64,000 nt of DNA from Bdellovibrionota bacterium (GCA_965207455.1 CBDBMJ010000001.1:192001-256000); one strand, 5' to 3'; shown: positions 31,216 to 42,066, counted from the stretch's first letter. Numbers and translations are program-made. The notes: a model not told the origin generated them from the letters alone.

Positions 31216-31271
31216 AATCCTAGAAAGAATCCTTGAAAGAAACAAACGATTGTTGTTATAAAGAATAAGGT

Positions 31272-32702
31272 TTGGGAAATAAAATTGTAGATTATAGTGG
31301 AAAAAAGGCTTTGGTGCTGGGTCTGGGAAGGTCTGGCAGGAGTGTGGTTCGTTATTTGCATTCTTGCAATGCTGCGGTGTGGGCTTGCGACATTCAGTCT
31401 AGACAAGACTTCAAGGAAATTTTAGAGCCCCTAGAATCCTTAAATCCACCCGTGCAGTTTGATTTTGGTCCCCATCGCGTAGAGTTTCTTGCTGGTGCGG
31501 ACTTAATTATTCCGTCGCCCAGTATTCCTTCCAATATGCCTCTCTTGCGAGACATGAGCTATCAGGGTGCTTCTTTAATTACGGAGCTGGATTTGGCTTT
31601 GAAAGAGATCGACGTGCCCATAGTTGCCTTTGCGGGAAGCCATGGAAAAACAACGGTGGCTTGGTTGGTGAAGGAGATGTTGGAAAGTGGTGGGAAAAAA
31701 GTTTTTTTCGCCCATGATCGGGGGCATAGTTTGTCGGACTATCCGTTACAGCCCACCAAAGCAGATGTGGTGTTGCTGGAGTTATCTTCGGCTCAGTTGG
31801 AGAGGGTCCAGGATCTTAAGCCTGCAATCGTGGTTTTTCCTTATTTGGGTTTGAAGCAGTTGCAGAATTATCCCACGATGGAGGATTATTTTCGGGTTCA
31901 GCTTCGGGTTTTGCGACATGGAGGAGAGCACTCTACGGTGATTTATAACCATAGAAATGTAAACCTACGCGCTATTCTACAAAAAGTTCCGGGTGAGAAG
32001 AGATCTTGTATTCGCAAAATTCCTGGGGGCAGTGGAGACAATTTAGGAGTGAATAAGGGGCATCCTCTGGATCCATCGACTAGCTACCGGGGAACTTTTC
32101 TCGACACCACAAAGAAAATTGTTTGGACCGACGGGAAGACTCGAGAGGAGTTCGACCTACGTTATACAACAGTGGTGGGTAATCACAACAGGGACAACCT
32201 AATGACTGCTATCAATGTGGTGAAAGAGTTTGGACTGGATAAGAAGGTAATCCAGAGTTTTCTCTATACCTATAAAGGTATGCCTCACTGCTTAGAGTTA
32301 GTGCGTAAATTAGGAGGTGTGTCCTTTTTCAATGATTCTCGGAGTACTACTTTGGATTCCTTGCAGAAATCTTTGGACGGTTTCCGGATGGAGCCTGTTA
32401 TTCTTATTGCTGGTGGCAAACAGCGAGAAGGCGATGACTTTTCTACTCTTGCCGATCAAATAAAAAAGCGTGTAAAGACCATGATTTTGATTGGAGAGTC
32501 CAAAGAGCTTATCAATCGTGGACTGGGCGACCATACGGAGACATTTCTTGTTGGTACCTTTGAGGAGGCTATTTTATTATCGTATCAAAAGTCCCGTGAA
32601 GGAGATGTAATATTGCTATCTCCTGGCTGTGAGAGTTACGATATGTTTAATAGCTATGAACAAAGAGGCGAACACTTTAAAAAATACTTGGATAAAATCT
32701 AA
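31272..32702 (+). CDS. murD: MurD-like ligase with degenerate catalytic motifs
   Basis: GLGRSG, ELSSAQL, LLSPGC.SYDMF..YEQRG, and position between mraY and ftsW; see findings. Confidence 0.8.
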   Translation: MGNKIVDYSGKKALVLGLGRSGRSVVRYLHSCNAAVWACDIQSRQDFKEILEPLESLNPPVQFDFGPHRVEFLAGADLIIPSPSIPSNMPLLRDMSYQGASLITELDLALKEIDVPIVAFAGSHGKTTVAWLVKEMLESGGKKVFFAHDRGHSLSDYPLQPTKADVVLLELSSAQLERVQDLKPAIVVFPYLGLKQLQNYPTMEDYFRVQLRVLRHGGEHSTVIYNHRNVNLRAILQKVPGEKRSCIRKIPGGSGDNLGVNKGHPLDPSTSYRGTFLDTTKKIVWTDGKTREEFDLRYTTVVGNHNRDNLMTAINVVKEFGLDKKVIQSFLYTYKGMPHCLELVRKLGGVSFFNDSRSTTLDSLQKSLDGFRMEPVILIAGGKQREGDDFSTLADQIKKRVKTMILIGESKELINRGLGDHTETFLVGTFEEAILLSYQKSREGDVILLSPGCESYDMFNSYEQRGEHFKKYLDKI

Positions 32703-32709
32703 CCAAGAA

Positions 32710-33816
32710 ATGCCATTTTTTCGCAGTTCCTGCGATCATCAATTATTGATAACCATATTGGGTCTTGCGGCTTTCGGTGTGGTGATGGTTTTTAGTTCCA
32801 GCTATATTTTTTCAGAGGAGCGCTTTGGTGACGGTCTCCATTATTTTCGCAGGCATATTATTTTTCTTTTTATTGGTCTATTGTTGATGATGGTCCTACG
32901 ATTTGTGGATTACCGTATTTGGAAAAAGCTCTCCTTTCCCTTATTTTTATTAGCCATTATTGGGATGGCAATGGTGTTTATTCCCGGTTTGGGGAATAAG
33001 GTGGGCGGAGCTGTTCGCTGGGTGAATTTAGGATTTATTACGTTTCAGCCGGTGGAGTTTGCAAAAATTGCTTTACTCATCTATCTGGCAAGGATTTTTT
33101 CTAAAGGAAATATTGATTTCTCTAATGCTAAGAGTGGCTTTTTGACTTTTCTTTGGCCCACTCTCCTTTTAGCAGGGCTTTCCTTGGCGCAACCAGATTT
33201 TGGTAGTGCAGTGCTGGTGGTATCCACCAGTGTTTTTTTATTTTACTTAGCAGGCGTGCGTTTTCGTTATTTATTCTATTCTTTTTTAGCCATGCTTCCC
33301 CTATTGTATGTGGCTATTATGTCGGCCCCCTACCGTAAGGCTCGTTTTCTAGCTTTTCTCGATCCTTGGGCCAATCCCCATAATGAGGGATTTCAAATCA
33401 TTCAATCCTTTTTAGCTATTTATCGGGGAGGTCTTTTTGGAGCTGGATTGGGTCACAGTAAGGGAAAATTATTCTATTTGCCCGAGGCCCATAACGATTT
33501 TATTTTTTCCGTTGTGGGAGAGGAACTGGGATTTATTGGAATGTTTGCCCTTTGCCTAGCTTTTCTTTTCTTATTTTTTCGAGCCATAAAAATTTCAGCT
33601 AGGGCAGAGGACGCTTTTGGCAGTTTATTGGCAGCTGGAATTGCCATTCTTTTAGGCATGGAAGTTTTTTTCAACACAGGGGTGGTGCTGGGTTTACTGC
33701 CCACCAAGGGTATGAATCTTCCTTTCATATCCAGCGGCGGTTCTTCCATATTAAGTGGTTTTATTGCCATGGGCTTGCTCTTAAGCATTTCTGCAAGGTC
33801 CGGTAGGTACTCATGA
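32710..33816 (+). CDS. ftsW: SEDS glycosyltransferase FtsW
   Basis: RW..LG..TFQPVEFAK, QPDFG, LPEAHNDFIF, LPTKG..LPFISSGGSS. Confidence 0.95.
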   Translation: MPFFRSSCDHQLLITILGLAAFGVVMVFSSSYIFSEERFGDGLHYFRRHIIFLFIGLLLMMVLRFVDYRIWKKLSFPLFLLAIIGMAMVFIPGLGNKVGGAVRWVNLGFITFQPVEFAKIALLIYLARIFSKGNIDFSNAKSGFLTFLWPTLLLAGLSLAQPDFGSAVLVVSTSVFLFYLAGVRFRYLFYSFLAMLPLLYVAIMSAPYRKARFLAFLDPWANPHNEGFQIIQSFLAIYRGGLFGAGLGHSKGKLFYLPEAHNDFIFSVVGEELGFIGMFALCLAFLFLFFRAIKISARAEDAFGSLLAAGIAILLGMEVFFNTGVVLGLLPTKGMNLPFISSGGSSILSGFIAMGLLLSISARSGRYS

Positions 33817-34916
33817 AATACATTGGCTTTGCGGGGGGCGGATCGGGCGGGCACACCTATCCTCTATTAGCGGTGGTCCAGGCATGGAGAGAAAAGTATC
33901 CAAGCATTCCTTTTTATTTTGTCACCACGAAGGGGGGTGTGGAGGAAAAGATTTACATAAAGGCTGGTTATTCCTATTTTTCCATTCCATCGGGAAAAAT
34001 CGCAGGGCAAGCCAAGTGGCGCATCCTTCTTACTCTGCTGAAGCTCCCGTTAGCCATGGTGCTTAGTTTTTTTATTTTACTGCGTAAGCGTCCCGTATTT
34101 GTATTAAGTGCAGGAGGTTATGCTGGAGCCCCATTTCTAGTGGCAGCAGCCATACTGAGGGTGCCCTGTGGAATTTTTGAACTCAACCGAACCTCTGGAT
34201 TAGCCAACCGCTGGATGTCTTTTTTTGCCAAGATTATTTTTGTTCATTTTCCAGAAACTAAGGATCAGTATGGAGGAAAGAGTACATTTTGTGTGGGAAG
34301 TCCTTGTCGTAAAGAAATTATACAAGCTCGTTGGGCAAAGGAAGAACAGCTAAGGAAATTTCAAGCGGACCCTTTTTATTTATTTGTATTTGGTGGTTCT
34401 CAGGGAGCTATGGCAATTAACCGTTTGGTTTTAGAGGCCATGCTTTACTTAAGGGATGTGGGATTGAAAGATAGGGGAAAAAATATTTTCGTTCATCACC
34501 AAACAGGAGAAAGAGATTTTTCCTTTATAAAGCAGCAGTACGAATCTAAGGGGATCTCTGCCAAGGTGGAGCCCTATATTTATGATATGGCTTCCGTATA
34601 CCGTTCTTCCCATTTAGTTATTTGTAGAGCTGGAGCAGGAACGTTAGTGGAGCTTGCAGCGGCAGCAAAGCCAGCCATTCTCATCCCATTGGTGTCTAAG
34701 GATAGGCACCAAGAGTTCAATGCAGAGCAGTGGGCAGCGCAATCTGCGGTAAAAGTATTGTATCAAAAAAATCTCAAGGGAGAGGTTCTTGCAAAATCCA
34801 TTTTAGAATTTTACAATGATCGTGGAGCACTGGATTTGCTAGCTTCTTCTATTGTGAAGCAATACCAATCGGATGCAGAACAAAAAATATTGAGCAGGAT
34901 CGAGGGCTATGTCTAA
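33813..34916 (+). CDS. murG: Lipid I N-acetylglucosaminyltransferase
   Basis: GGGSGGH, GGY, GGSQGA, CRAGAGT, HQEFNA. Confidence 0.95.
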   Translation: MKYIGFAGGGSGGHTYPLLAVVQAWREKYPSIPFYFVTTKGGVEEKIYIKAGYSYFSIPSGKIAGQAKWRILLTLLKLPLAMVLSFFILLRKRPVFVLSAGGYAGAPFLVAAAILRVPCGIFELNRTSGLANRWMSFFAKIIFVHFPETKDQYGGKSTFCVGSPCRKEIIQARWAKEEQLRKFQADPFYLFVFGGSQGAMAINRLVLEAMLYLRDVGLKDRGKNIFVHHQTGERDFSFIKQQYESKGISAKVEPYIYDMASVYRSSHLVICRAGAGTLVELAAAAKPAILIPLVSKDRHQEFNAEQWAAQSAVKVLYQKNLKGEVLAKSILEFYNDRGALDLLASSIVKQYQSDAEQKILSRIEGYV

Positions 34917-36294
34917 AAAAAGAATTCATTTTGTGGGAATTGGCGGAATTGGAATGAGCGGTATTGCCAGCATTCTTCTCTCCCAAGATTATGTGGTGAG
35001 TGGAAGCGATCTCATGGAAAGCGACACCACCAAAGACCTTATTGCTAAGGGGGCAACGATTTCTTATTTTCACAAAGCAGATAATGTGGAGGGAGCAGAT
35101 ACTGTGGTGATCTCTAGCGCAGTGACACTGGATAATGAAGAAGTTGTGGCAGCTCAAAAAAGAAATATACCCGTGATTCCTCGAGCAGAGATGCTGGCAG
35201 AGCTAATGAAAATTAAGGTTGGTATTGCTATTGCTGGAACCCATGGAAAAACCACCACCACGAGCATTCTAGCTGCTCTAACCACCTGTGCAGGTATGGA
35301 CCCCACCATTGTTATTGGTGGAAAGGTGGATATGATTGGAGGGAATGCCCATTTGGGAAAGGGGAAATACCTTCTCGCGGAAGCCGACGAAAGTGACAAG
35401 AGTTTTTTATGTCTCCCTGCCACCATTGTGACGGTAACAAATATAGATAACGATCATTTGGATAATTACGGGAGTTTAGAGGAGATAAAAAAGAGTTTTG
35501 TGCAATTTATTAACAAAATTCCTGCGCATGGCAGAGCTATTCTATGCATAGACGATCCCAATGTTCGTAGTATTCTGCCTAAAATTAAGAAACCTTTTAT
35601 AACGTATGGGTTTTCTCCCGATGCATCCATACGTCCATCGGAAGTAAAGTCGAAGGGGTTTAGCAGTGTATTTCAACTTTCCTGTAATGGTGAGGTATTG
35701 GGTAGTCAAATTTCCACAAACCTTATAGGTAAGCATAATATTTTAAATTCCATGGCAGCCATTGGCGTTGCTTTAGAAATTGGTCTTTCCTTTTCCCAAA
35801 TCCAAGATGGATTTAAAAAATTTACTGGAGTGAGGAGAAGAATGGAACGCAAGGGTGAGAAAAAAGGAATCCTAGTAATGGACGATTACGCCCATCATCC
35901 CACGGAAATTGAGGTTACCCTAGAGGGACTCCGATCGGTATGGAGTGGACGTATTGTTGTGTTGTTTCAGCCCCATCGGTTTTCCCGTACCAGAGATTGC
36001 TATGATAGCTTTCTTTCTGTATTCCAAAATATCGATGTATTGTTTATTACAGATATTTATTCCGCAGGGGAAGAACCCATCGATGGAATTAGCTCCCAGC
36101 AATTGGTCAAAGATATGGAGAAAAAGAATGGGTCAACAAAGCCTTCCATTACGATCATAGACGATTTTATGAAGAATCAAGCAAGCGTACATACGAAAAT
36201 TATGCCGTTACTGGATCCCGGGGATTTATTTATTACTTTAGGTGCAGGTAATGTGTACCGTGTAGGGGAAAGAATTCTTGAGGAGTTGTCATAG
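34909..36294 (+). CDS. murC: UDP-MurNAc:L-Ala ligase
   Basis: HFVGIGGIGMSG, GTHGKTTT, EADESD, DDYAHHPTE, FQPHR. Confidence 0.97.
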   Translation: MSKKRIHFVGIGGIGMSGIASILLSQDYVVSGSDLMESDTTKDLIAKGATISYFHKADNVEGADTVVISSAVTLDNEEVVAAQKRNIPVIPRAEMLAELMKIKVGIAIAGTHGKTTTTSILAALTTCAGMDPTIVIGGKVDMIGGNAHLGKGKYLLAEADESDKSFLCLPATIVTVTNIDNDHLDNYGSLEEIKKSFVQFINKIPAHGRAILCIDDPNVRSILPKIKKPFITYGFSPDASIRPSEVKSKGFSSVFQLSCNGEVLGSQISTNLIGKHNILNSMAAIGVALEIGLSFSQIQDGFKKFTGVRRRMERKGEKKGILVMDDYAHHPTEIEVTLEGLRSVWSGRIVVLFQPHRFSRTRDCYDSFLSVFQNIDVLFITDIYSAGEEPIDGISSQQLVKDMEKKNGSTKPSITIIDDFMKNQASVHTKIMPLLDPGDLFITLGAGNVYRVGERILEELS

Positions 36295-37190
36295 TAGAGA
36301 TTCCATTTTCCAGGGATGAGCCTTTATCTAAGCACACGTCATACGGGATAGGGGGGCCGGCAAAATACATGGCGTTTCCAGAAAACATGGATCACTTGGC
36401 AAGTTTATCCGCCCATGTAAAGCAATCGGGAGAGGGTTTTCTGTTTTTAGGGAATGGCTCCAATCTACTCGTGCCGGAAGAAGGGTTGAAGGGTTGGGTG
36501 ATAAAAGGTTCTCAATTATTATCGTCGCACCCTCAGGTGCAGGAGTTGGATGGGTGTAGGCTTCTGGTTAATGCGGCCCTTTGGAATATAAAATTATTAA
36601 AATACTGCGGAGAAAGGGGATTCTCCGGATTGGAATTTTTAGCAGGAGTGCCGGGGACGATTGGTGGAGCTGCTATTATGAATGCGGGAACGCCGGAGGG
36701 TTGCCTAGCGGATAGGGCCATAGCTGTGCATACATTTTGTTTACAAGATGGAGAAAAGCACTATAACCAGGATGAATTACGGTATGCCTACCGACAACAA
36801 CTTTTCATGTCTCCCACGGAAATGGTAACAGCAGTCTTATTCCAAATGGAAAAAGCAGACCCTTTGGACATACGAAAAAAAATAAAAAAAAATATTGAGG
36901 ATAGGAAAAAAAACCAACCGCTTACTCTCCCCAGTTGTGGAAGTGTTTTCCAAAATCCCAAAAACACTAGTGCGTGGAAGTGTATTGAAGAGGCGGGATT
37001 GAGGGGAAAAAAAATTGGAGGCGCACGAATCAATGAAAAGCACTGTAATTTTATTGTAAACGAGGGTGATGCTACTATGGATGATGTGCTATCCTTAATT
37101 CAGGTAGTTAGAGAGGCTGTTCACCTGAATACAGGTATTGATCTGGAGACAGAGGTGGTTGTGGCAAAGCCTCATCACTTGAGAGGTTAA
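36291..37190 (+). CDS. murB: UDP-N-acetylenolpyruvoylglucosamine reductase (probable ATA start)
   Basis: EPLSKHTSYGIGGPA lies upstream of the first ATG; GNGSNLL, PGTIGGA..MNAG, SCGSVFQNP, HCNFIVN. Confidence 0.93.
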   Translation: MVEIPFSRDEPLSKHTSYGIGGPAKYMAFPENMDHLASLSAHVKQSGEGFLFLGNGSNLLVPEEGLKGWVIKGSQLLSSHPQVQELDGCRLLVNAALWNIKLLKYCGERGFSGLEFLAGVPGTIGGAAIMNAGTPEGCLADRAIAVHTFCLQDGEKHYNQDELRYAYRQQLFMSPTEMVTAVLFQMEKADPLDIRKKIKKNIEDRKKNQPLTLPSCGSVFQNPKNTSAWKCIEEAGLRGKKIGGARINEKHCNFIVNEGDATMDDVLSLIQVVREAVHLNTGIDLETEVVVAKPHHLRG

Positions 37191-37219
37191 TCAAGCTGAG
37201 GTATTCGTTTCGCTATATA

Positions 37220-37981
37220 TTGCTTTTGTCCGTAGTCGCCCCCCTTGTATTTGTTGGTTGGTCTCGGTTGCACAGGTATATGATTACCACACCGTATTTT
37301 ATCGTGAAGGATGTGGAACTGGAATATGGCGACATTCCCCTTTCCAAAAAAGAAATTCTAAACATTGCGGGTGCCACAGGTAAACATTCTTTTTTTAGTT
37401 TGGATATTCAATCTATGCAGAGGAGGCTTTCCCGTCACCCTTTTATCCGTTCGGCAGTGGTTTCTCGATTTTTGCCCAATCGTCTAAGAATTAAGGTATA
37501 CCCGGAAAAACCGGCAGCGATTCTCAACACAAATAAGCTATATTATGTGAATAGTCATGGTGAGGCTTACCGTAAAGTTCAGGGAAAAGATGCATTGCGC
37601 TACCCCCTATTAGTGACAGAGGGCGCCGTTCCATTGTCTAAAATCCCCCCTCGTCGCATGCAAGCAGCCCTAGAGATCATTAAAAGTATCCAATCCTCTC
37701 CGTTCTTTGAGGATCAGGACTTAGGCGATATTTTCTTAAAAAATAAAAAATATAAGGGGATGGCTCCTTTGCAAGCCACGTTGATTTATCCCACCACTCG
37801 TCTTCAAGATCAGGTTTTTTCTCCTCGAAGACACATAACAGTGAGTTTTGCCGAGGAGAATATCCAGCACCAAGTCCGAAAATTAGAGGAAGTTTTACAG
37901 TCTATGGCTGAACTGAATAAAATTCCCATAAGGGTGAGGATGGAGTTGGGGAAAAAAGTGGTTGTAAAAGTCTCTCAATAA
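37220..37981 (+). CDS. ftsQ: Cell division protein FtsQ/DivIB (start uncertain)
   Basis: TM helix plus POTRA-like segment (HPFIRSAVVSRFLPNRLRIKV); directly upstream of ftsA. Confidence 0.85.
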   Translation: MLLSVVAPLVFVGWSRLHRYMITTPYFIVKDVELEYGDIPLSKKEILNIAGATGKHSFFSLDIQSMQRRLSRHPFIRSAVVSRFLPNRLRIKVYPEKPAAILNTNKLYYVNSHGEAYRKVQGKDALRYPLLVTEGAVPLSKIPPRRMQAALEIIKSIQSSPFFEDQDLGDIFLKNKKYKGMAPLQATLIYPTTRLQDQVFSPRRHITVSFAEENIQHQVRKLEEVLQSMAELNKIPIRVRMELGKKVVVKVSQ

Positions 37982-38045
37982 TATTACGCTTGAAGCTATA
38001 GACCTTGTGTGAAGCACTTTGTTTATTTCGTTCCAAGGAGGGACT

Positions 38046-39269
38046 ATGGCAAAACAGGATTTTATAGTCGGATTGGATGTGGGCACCACGAAAATTTGTG
38101 CCTTGATTGGTCAAATCACAGATTCAGGAATTGAGATTGTGGGTATAGGTTCCCGTCCTTCCACGGGCTTGCGAAAAGGTGCGGTTATCAATATCGACTC
38201 CACCGTAGAGGGAATATCCAAAGCCATTGAAGAGGCAGAATTGATGGCAGGTTGTAGTGTTTCCTCCACCCATGTTGGTGTGGCAGGCACCCACATACGA
38301 AGCTTTAATTCTTCGGGAGTGGTGGGTGTACGGGGAAAAGAAATTGACTGCAAGGATGTGGAGCGAGTTATTGATGCTGCAAAAGCAGTGGCAATACCAG
38401 CCGACCGACAAACCATACACATTGTTCCCCAGGATTTCATTGTTGACGATCAGGACGGAATCAAAGACCCCGTTGGAATGAGCGGTGTGCGTTTGGAGGG
38501 GAAAATGCATATAGTGACAGCATCGATTCCCAGCACCCAAAATCTCACAAAATGTGCCAACCGGGCAGGCATTGCCGTTAATGAATTAGTACTAGAGCCA
38601 CTGGCCAGTTCCCACGCAGTTCTCTCTGAGGACGAAAAGGAATTAGGTGTTGCCTTAGTGGATATTGGTGGTGGAACAGCCGACATTTGTATTTTTGTGG
38701 GTGGTGCCCTTGTGTATACAGTATTTATTTCCATTGGGGGAAATCACCTCACAAACGACATTGCCGTGGGTTTACGAACGCCACAAAACGAGGCAGAGAA
38801 GTTAAAAATTCGCTACGGTTCTTGCTTAGGTGAGAGCATTGCTCCTGAAGAAACCATAGAAGTTCCGGGAGTGGGTGGGCGTAAAACACGAATCGTTGCT
38901 CGTAGGCACTTAGTGGATATTATAGAACCTCGAACTGAGGAGATGTTACAGCTCATTCATCAGGAGATCCAAAAGACAGGCTATACCGATTTATTGGGAA
39001 GTGGTGTTGTGCTCACAGGTGGAGCATCCATGTTGGATGGTATGACAGAGCTTGCAGAAATCATTCTAGATATGCCCGTAAAACGAGGCTATCCTTTTGG
39101 AGTGGGTGGGCTTAGGGAAATTGTAAACTCCCCGAGGTTTGCCACTGGAGTTGGTTTATTGAAGTATGTGGAAGAGTCTGTGAGACAAAATCGAGCTAGC
39201 TTTGGAGAGGGACGCTCTTATAATAAAGTTAGAAATGCAATGGTAAATTGGGTAAGGGATTTATTTTAA
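38046..39269 (+). CDS. ftsA: Cell division protein FtsA
   Basis: [30 protein letters not shown]. Confidence 0.97.
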   Translation: MAKQDFIVGLDVGTTKICALIGQITDSGIEIVGIGSRPSTGLRKGAVINIDSTVEGISKAIEEAELMAGCSVSSTHVGVAGTHIRSFNSSGVVGVRGKEIDCKDVERVIDAAKAVAIPADRQTIHIVPQDFIVDDQDGIKDPVGMSGVRLEGKMHIVTASIPSTQNLTKCANRAGIAVNELVLEPLASSHAVLSEDEKELGVALVDIGGGTADICIFVGGALVYTVFISIGGNHLTNDIAVGLRTPQNEAEKLKIRYGSCLGESIAPEETIEVPGVGGRKTRIVARRHLVDIIEPRTEEMLQLIHQEIQKTGYTDLLGSGVVLTGGASMLDGMTELAEIILDMPVKRGYPFGVGGLREIVNSPRFATGVGLLKYVEESVRQNRASFGEGRSYNKVRNAMVNWVRDLF

Positions 39270-39279
39270 GGAGGCATGC

Positions 39280-40662
39280 ATGTTTGAGTTGGATAGAGAT
39301 GGAGATATAATAGCTGGAGCAAAAATAAAAGTAGTTGGCGTGGGCGGAGGCGGCGGCAATGCTGTAAACACCATGATTCGGTCTGGGTTGACGGGAGTAG
39401 ATTTTCTTATTGTAAATACGGACTGTCAGGCGCTTAAATGTTCTTTAGCGGAAACAAAAATAGCCATAGGTCAAGAAGTTACAAAAGGATTGGGCGCTGG
39501 AGCTAACCCAGAGTTGGGAAGAAAAGCAGCACTGGAGGACCATGGTTCCATCGTGGAGATGTTAGAAGGCAGTGATATGGTTTTTATCACAGCTGGCATG
39601 GGCGGTGGCACAGGTACGGGAGCAGCCCCCATTATTGCAGAGATTGCAAAGGACGTGGGAGCCCTTACGGTGGGTGTGGTAACCAAGCCTTTTGATTTTG
39701 AGGGCAAGAGAAGAAAGCGACAGGCCGCAGAGGGTGTTGAAATGCTCAAGGAGCGAGTGGACAGTTTAATCACCATACCCAATCAGCGGTTACTGGCATT
39801 AGCAGGAAACCATTTAACGATTGTGGATACTTTTCTTCGAGCCGACGAGGTACTTCTAAACGCAGTACAGGGAATATCGGATTTAATCAACCACACGGGG
39901 CTTATTAATTCAGATTTTGCTGATGTACGCACCATTATGGCCGACCAGGGGTTGGCACTCATGGGAACGGGTTTGGGTGATGGAGAACACCGTGCTGTTG
40001 AGGCAGCCACCAATGCAATTTCTTCCCCGTTATTAGAGGATGTTTCCATTAACGGAGCCACAGGCCTTATTATTAATATTACGGGAAGCTCGGACCTTAC
40101 CACCTTTGAGGTAAACGAGGCCACCACATTAATTACAGAGGCTGCCCATGAGGATGCAGAAATTATTTTTGGCACTGTGATTGACGAGAATATGGAAAAC
40201 AAGGTGAAGGTAACGGTAATTGCAACGGGAATTGGTGGTAGTAGAAGAGTACCTGATCTGATCCAAAGGCAAGCTGAGGGAACCCAAGCGGAAAGTCTTA
40301 TGGACAATTCTCTTGTAGAAGAAACCACAACCACCACACCGCCTACTACAGACACTGCAACTACAGACACCAGAACAATGGATGCCCAAGATGGAACAAC
40401 TAGGGATGACCATGGGGGATTTGAAGAGCAATCAGACGAACCTCTTCCCTTTTACCCTAGCTCAGTTATACCCAGCGTGGTCAAAGAGCAGTCTGACCTA
40501 TTTGATAAGGAAGCTTTAAAGGAAGTAAAACCTAAATTAGAGATGACTGATTTAGAGAGAGCAAGGAAAATTGCCAAAACCTTACGTGGAACCAAGCTTA
40601 ATGGTGGAGAATACGATATCCCCACATTTATTCGTCGGCAACAGCCTCCTGCTCAGGACTAG
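39280..40662 (+). CDS. ftsZ: Cell division protein FtsZ
   Basis: GGGTGTG signature, long Thr/acidic linker, C-terminal YDIPTFIR. Confidence 0.98.
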   Translation: MFELDRDGDIIAGAKIKVVGVGGGGGNAVNTMIRSGLTGVDFLIVNTDCQALKCSLAETKIAIGQEVTKGLGAGANPELGRKAALEDHGSIVEMLEGSDMVFITAGMGGGTGTGAAPIIAEIAKDVGALTVGVVTKPFDFEGKRRKRQAAEGVEMLKERVDSLITIPNQRLLALAGNHLTIVDTFLRADEVLLNAVQGISDLINHTGLINSDFADVRTIMADQGLALMGTGLGDGEHRAVEAATNAISSPLLEDVSINGATGLIINITGSSDLTTFEVNEATTLITEAAHEDAEIIFGTVIDENMENKVKVTVIATGIGGSRRVPDLIQRQAEGTQAESLMDNSLVEETTTTTPPTTDTATTDTRTMDAQDGTTRDDHGGFEEQSDEPLPFYPSSVIPSVVKEQSDLFDKEALKEVKPKLEMTDLERARKIAKTLRGTKLNGGEYDIPTFIRRQQPPAQD

Positions 40663-40665
40663 CAT

Positions 40666-40697
40666 AAAAAAAGCCCTCTTTTCTAAAGAAGGCCTTC
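40666..40697. terminator. Putative terminator after ftsZ (near-copy of 14868-14900)
   Basis: aaaaaaagccctcttttctaaagaaggccttc. Confidence 0.5.
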
Positions 40698-40729
40698 TGT
40701 GCTCAGAGTAACTTGTAATAAATTACGGC

Positions 40730-41101
40730 TTATTTGTTAGCATTGAATTTTTGTTGATTGGCTTTACGAATAAACTTTTTAAGCTGAATCGTTTTCTCAT
40801 CCACTATACCTGTACTATATGTTCGCTCCAAATTATCGCTAATTTCTATTTTTTTCAACACGATTCTTTTTCCTTTATCCAGTCCTGCTGTGCCTCCCTC
40901 TAGCAATCTAGCTACTTTGGGCACATCTGCTTGTATCAATTTCACTACTTCGTTTATATACTCTTCCGTTGGACTAGCTATTCTTTTTTTCTGCAATGTA
41001 TTTTGGTATGACCCATAATTTTCCGTGTTCAAAAATGTTGCTGAAGCGTATCCTATTAACGCTCCAGCAATCATAGCTATTATAATTTTTTTATTTTTCA
41101 T
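40730..41101 (-). CDS. Orphan secreted protein
   Basis: AAGGA RBS; signal peptide MKNKKIIIAMIAGALIGYASA. Confidence 0.65.
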   Translation of the reverse strand: MKNKKIIIAMIAGALIGYASATFLNTENYGSYQNTLQKKRIASPTEEYINEVVKLIQADVPKVARLLEGGTAGLDKGKRIVLKKIEISDNLERTYSTGIVDEKTIQLKKFIRKANQQKFNANK

Positions 41102-41153
41102 TTTCCTTTATCCTTTTTCAAGTTTTTATTCGTTTAGAGTAATTTGTAATAAA

Positions 41154-42005
41154 TTACAAATTATATTCATTCATATTATATTCTTCTCTTATGCTAGTTA
41201 ACTCTTCATCTCGTGATCTTATTGCTTCTTTTACTGCGTGTTTTGCTGCTTCAAATTTCTCTCTAGCTGTTCCTTCTTCTGGTAGATCTGCCTCTTCATC
41301 CTTTGATATGCTTGAAGAAGAACTGGAAAGAATAGCCTGTAATTCTAAATAGGCTGTGTCTATTGATATTTTATAGTTCTTTATTATTGTTATCCATTTC
41401 AATTTTGCATAATTTATTTCCGAGATGAATTTTGCTGTTTCGTCTACTACAGTTTCTCTCGGTGTGCTTGCTATTGCAGTTTCGTCTACTACAGTTTCTC
41501 TCGGTGTGCCTGTTACTGCAGTTTCATCTACTACAGTTTCTCTCGGTGTGCCTGTTACTGCAGTTTCATCTACTACAGTTTCTCTCGGTATGCTTGCTAC
41601 TACAGGTTTTTCTACTATAGCTTTTTCTACTTCTCTTAGGCTGTATGGATTGGGCCATAATCTCTCTTTTGCAGCTTCAAGTACTTCCTGTATTTCTTTT
41701 ACTACAAGTTTTTCGTAATTTACTGTGCTGTATGGATTGACGTATGGTTCATCGATTACAGATTCATCTTCTATCATTATTATTGTGCTTCCAGCATCTT
41801 CTTCATAGTTTACCTCATTAGATAAGTCGTCTAATTCTGATATCTCTACTGGAATATCAGATATTTCTGGTGTCTCTGCATCCAATAAGCTGACTAATTT
41901 TGCTTTGCTTTTTTCCGTAATTGCTTTCTCCGAGCATCCGATTAATGCTATGGAAATCACAAGTGCTGGGATTGCTATTATTATTATATTATTTTGTTTC
42001 TTCAT
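41154..42005 (-). CDS. Orphan acidic lipoprotein with 14-aa tandem repeats
   Basis: Lipobox LIGC; PRETVVDETAVTGT repeats. Confidence 0.75.
   Translation of the reverse strand: MKKQNNIIIIAIPALVISIALIGCSEKAITEKSKAKLVSLLDAETPEISDIPVEISELDDLSNEVNYEEDAGSTIIMIEDESVIDEPYVNPYSTVNYEKLVVKEIQEVLEAAKERLWPNPYSLREVEKAIVEKPVVASIPRETVVDETAVTGTPRETVVDETAVTGTPRETVVDETAIASTPRETVVDETAKFISEINYAKLKWITIIKNYKISIDTAYLELQAILSSSSSSISKDEEADLPEEGTAREKFEAAKHAVKEAIRSRDEELTSIREEYNMNEYNL
41432..41605. repeat. 42-bp tandem repeat, about 4 copies
   Basis: gtttcRtctactacagtttctctcggtgtgc... recurs every 42 bp. Confidence 0.9.
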
Positions 42006-42066
42006 TTTCTTTTCTCCTTTGTTAATTTTTATATTATGTTGGAATAATTTGTAATATAATTACAAA

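Noticed and set aside
39471..40431. Long antisense ORFs inside ftsZ, and similar ones in other core genes
   Set aside because: No RBS or motifs; typical antisense shadows of conserved genes.
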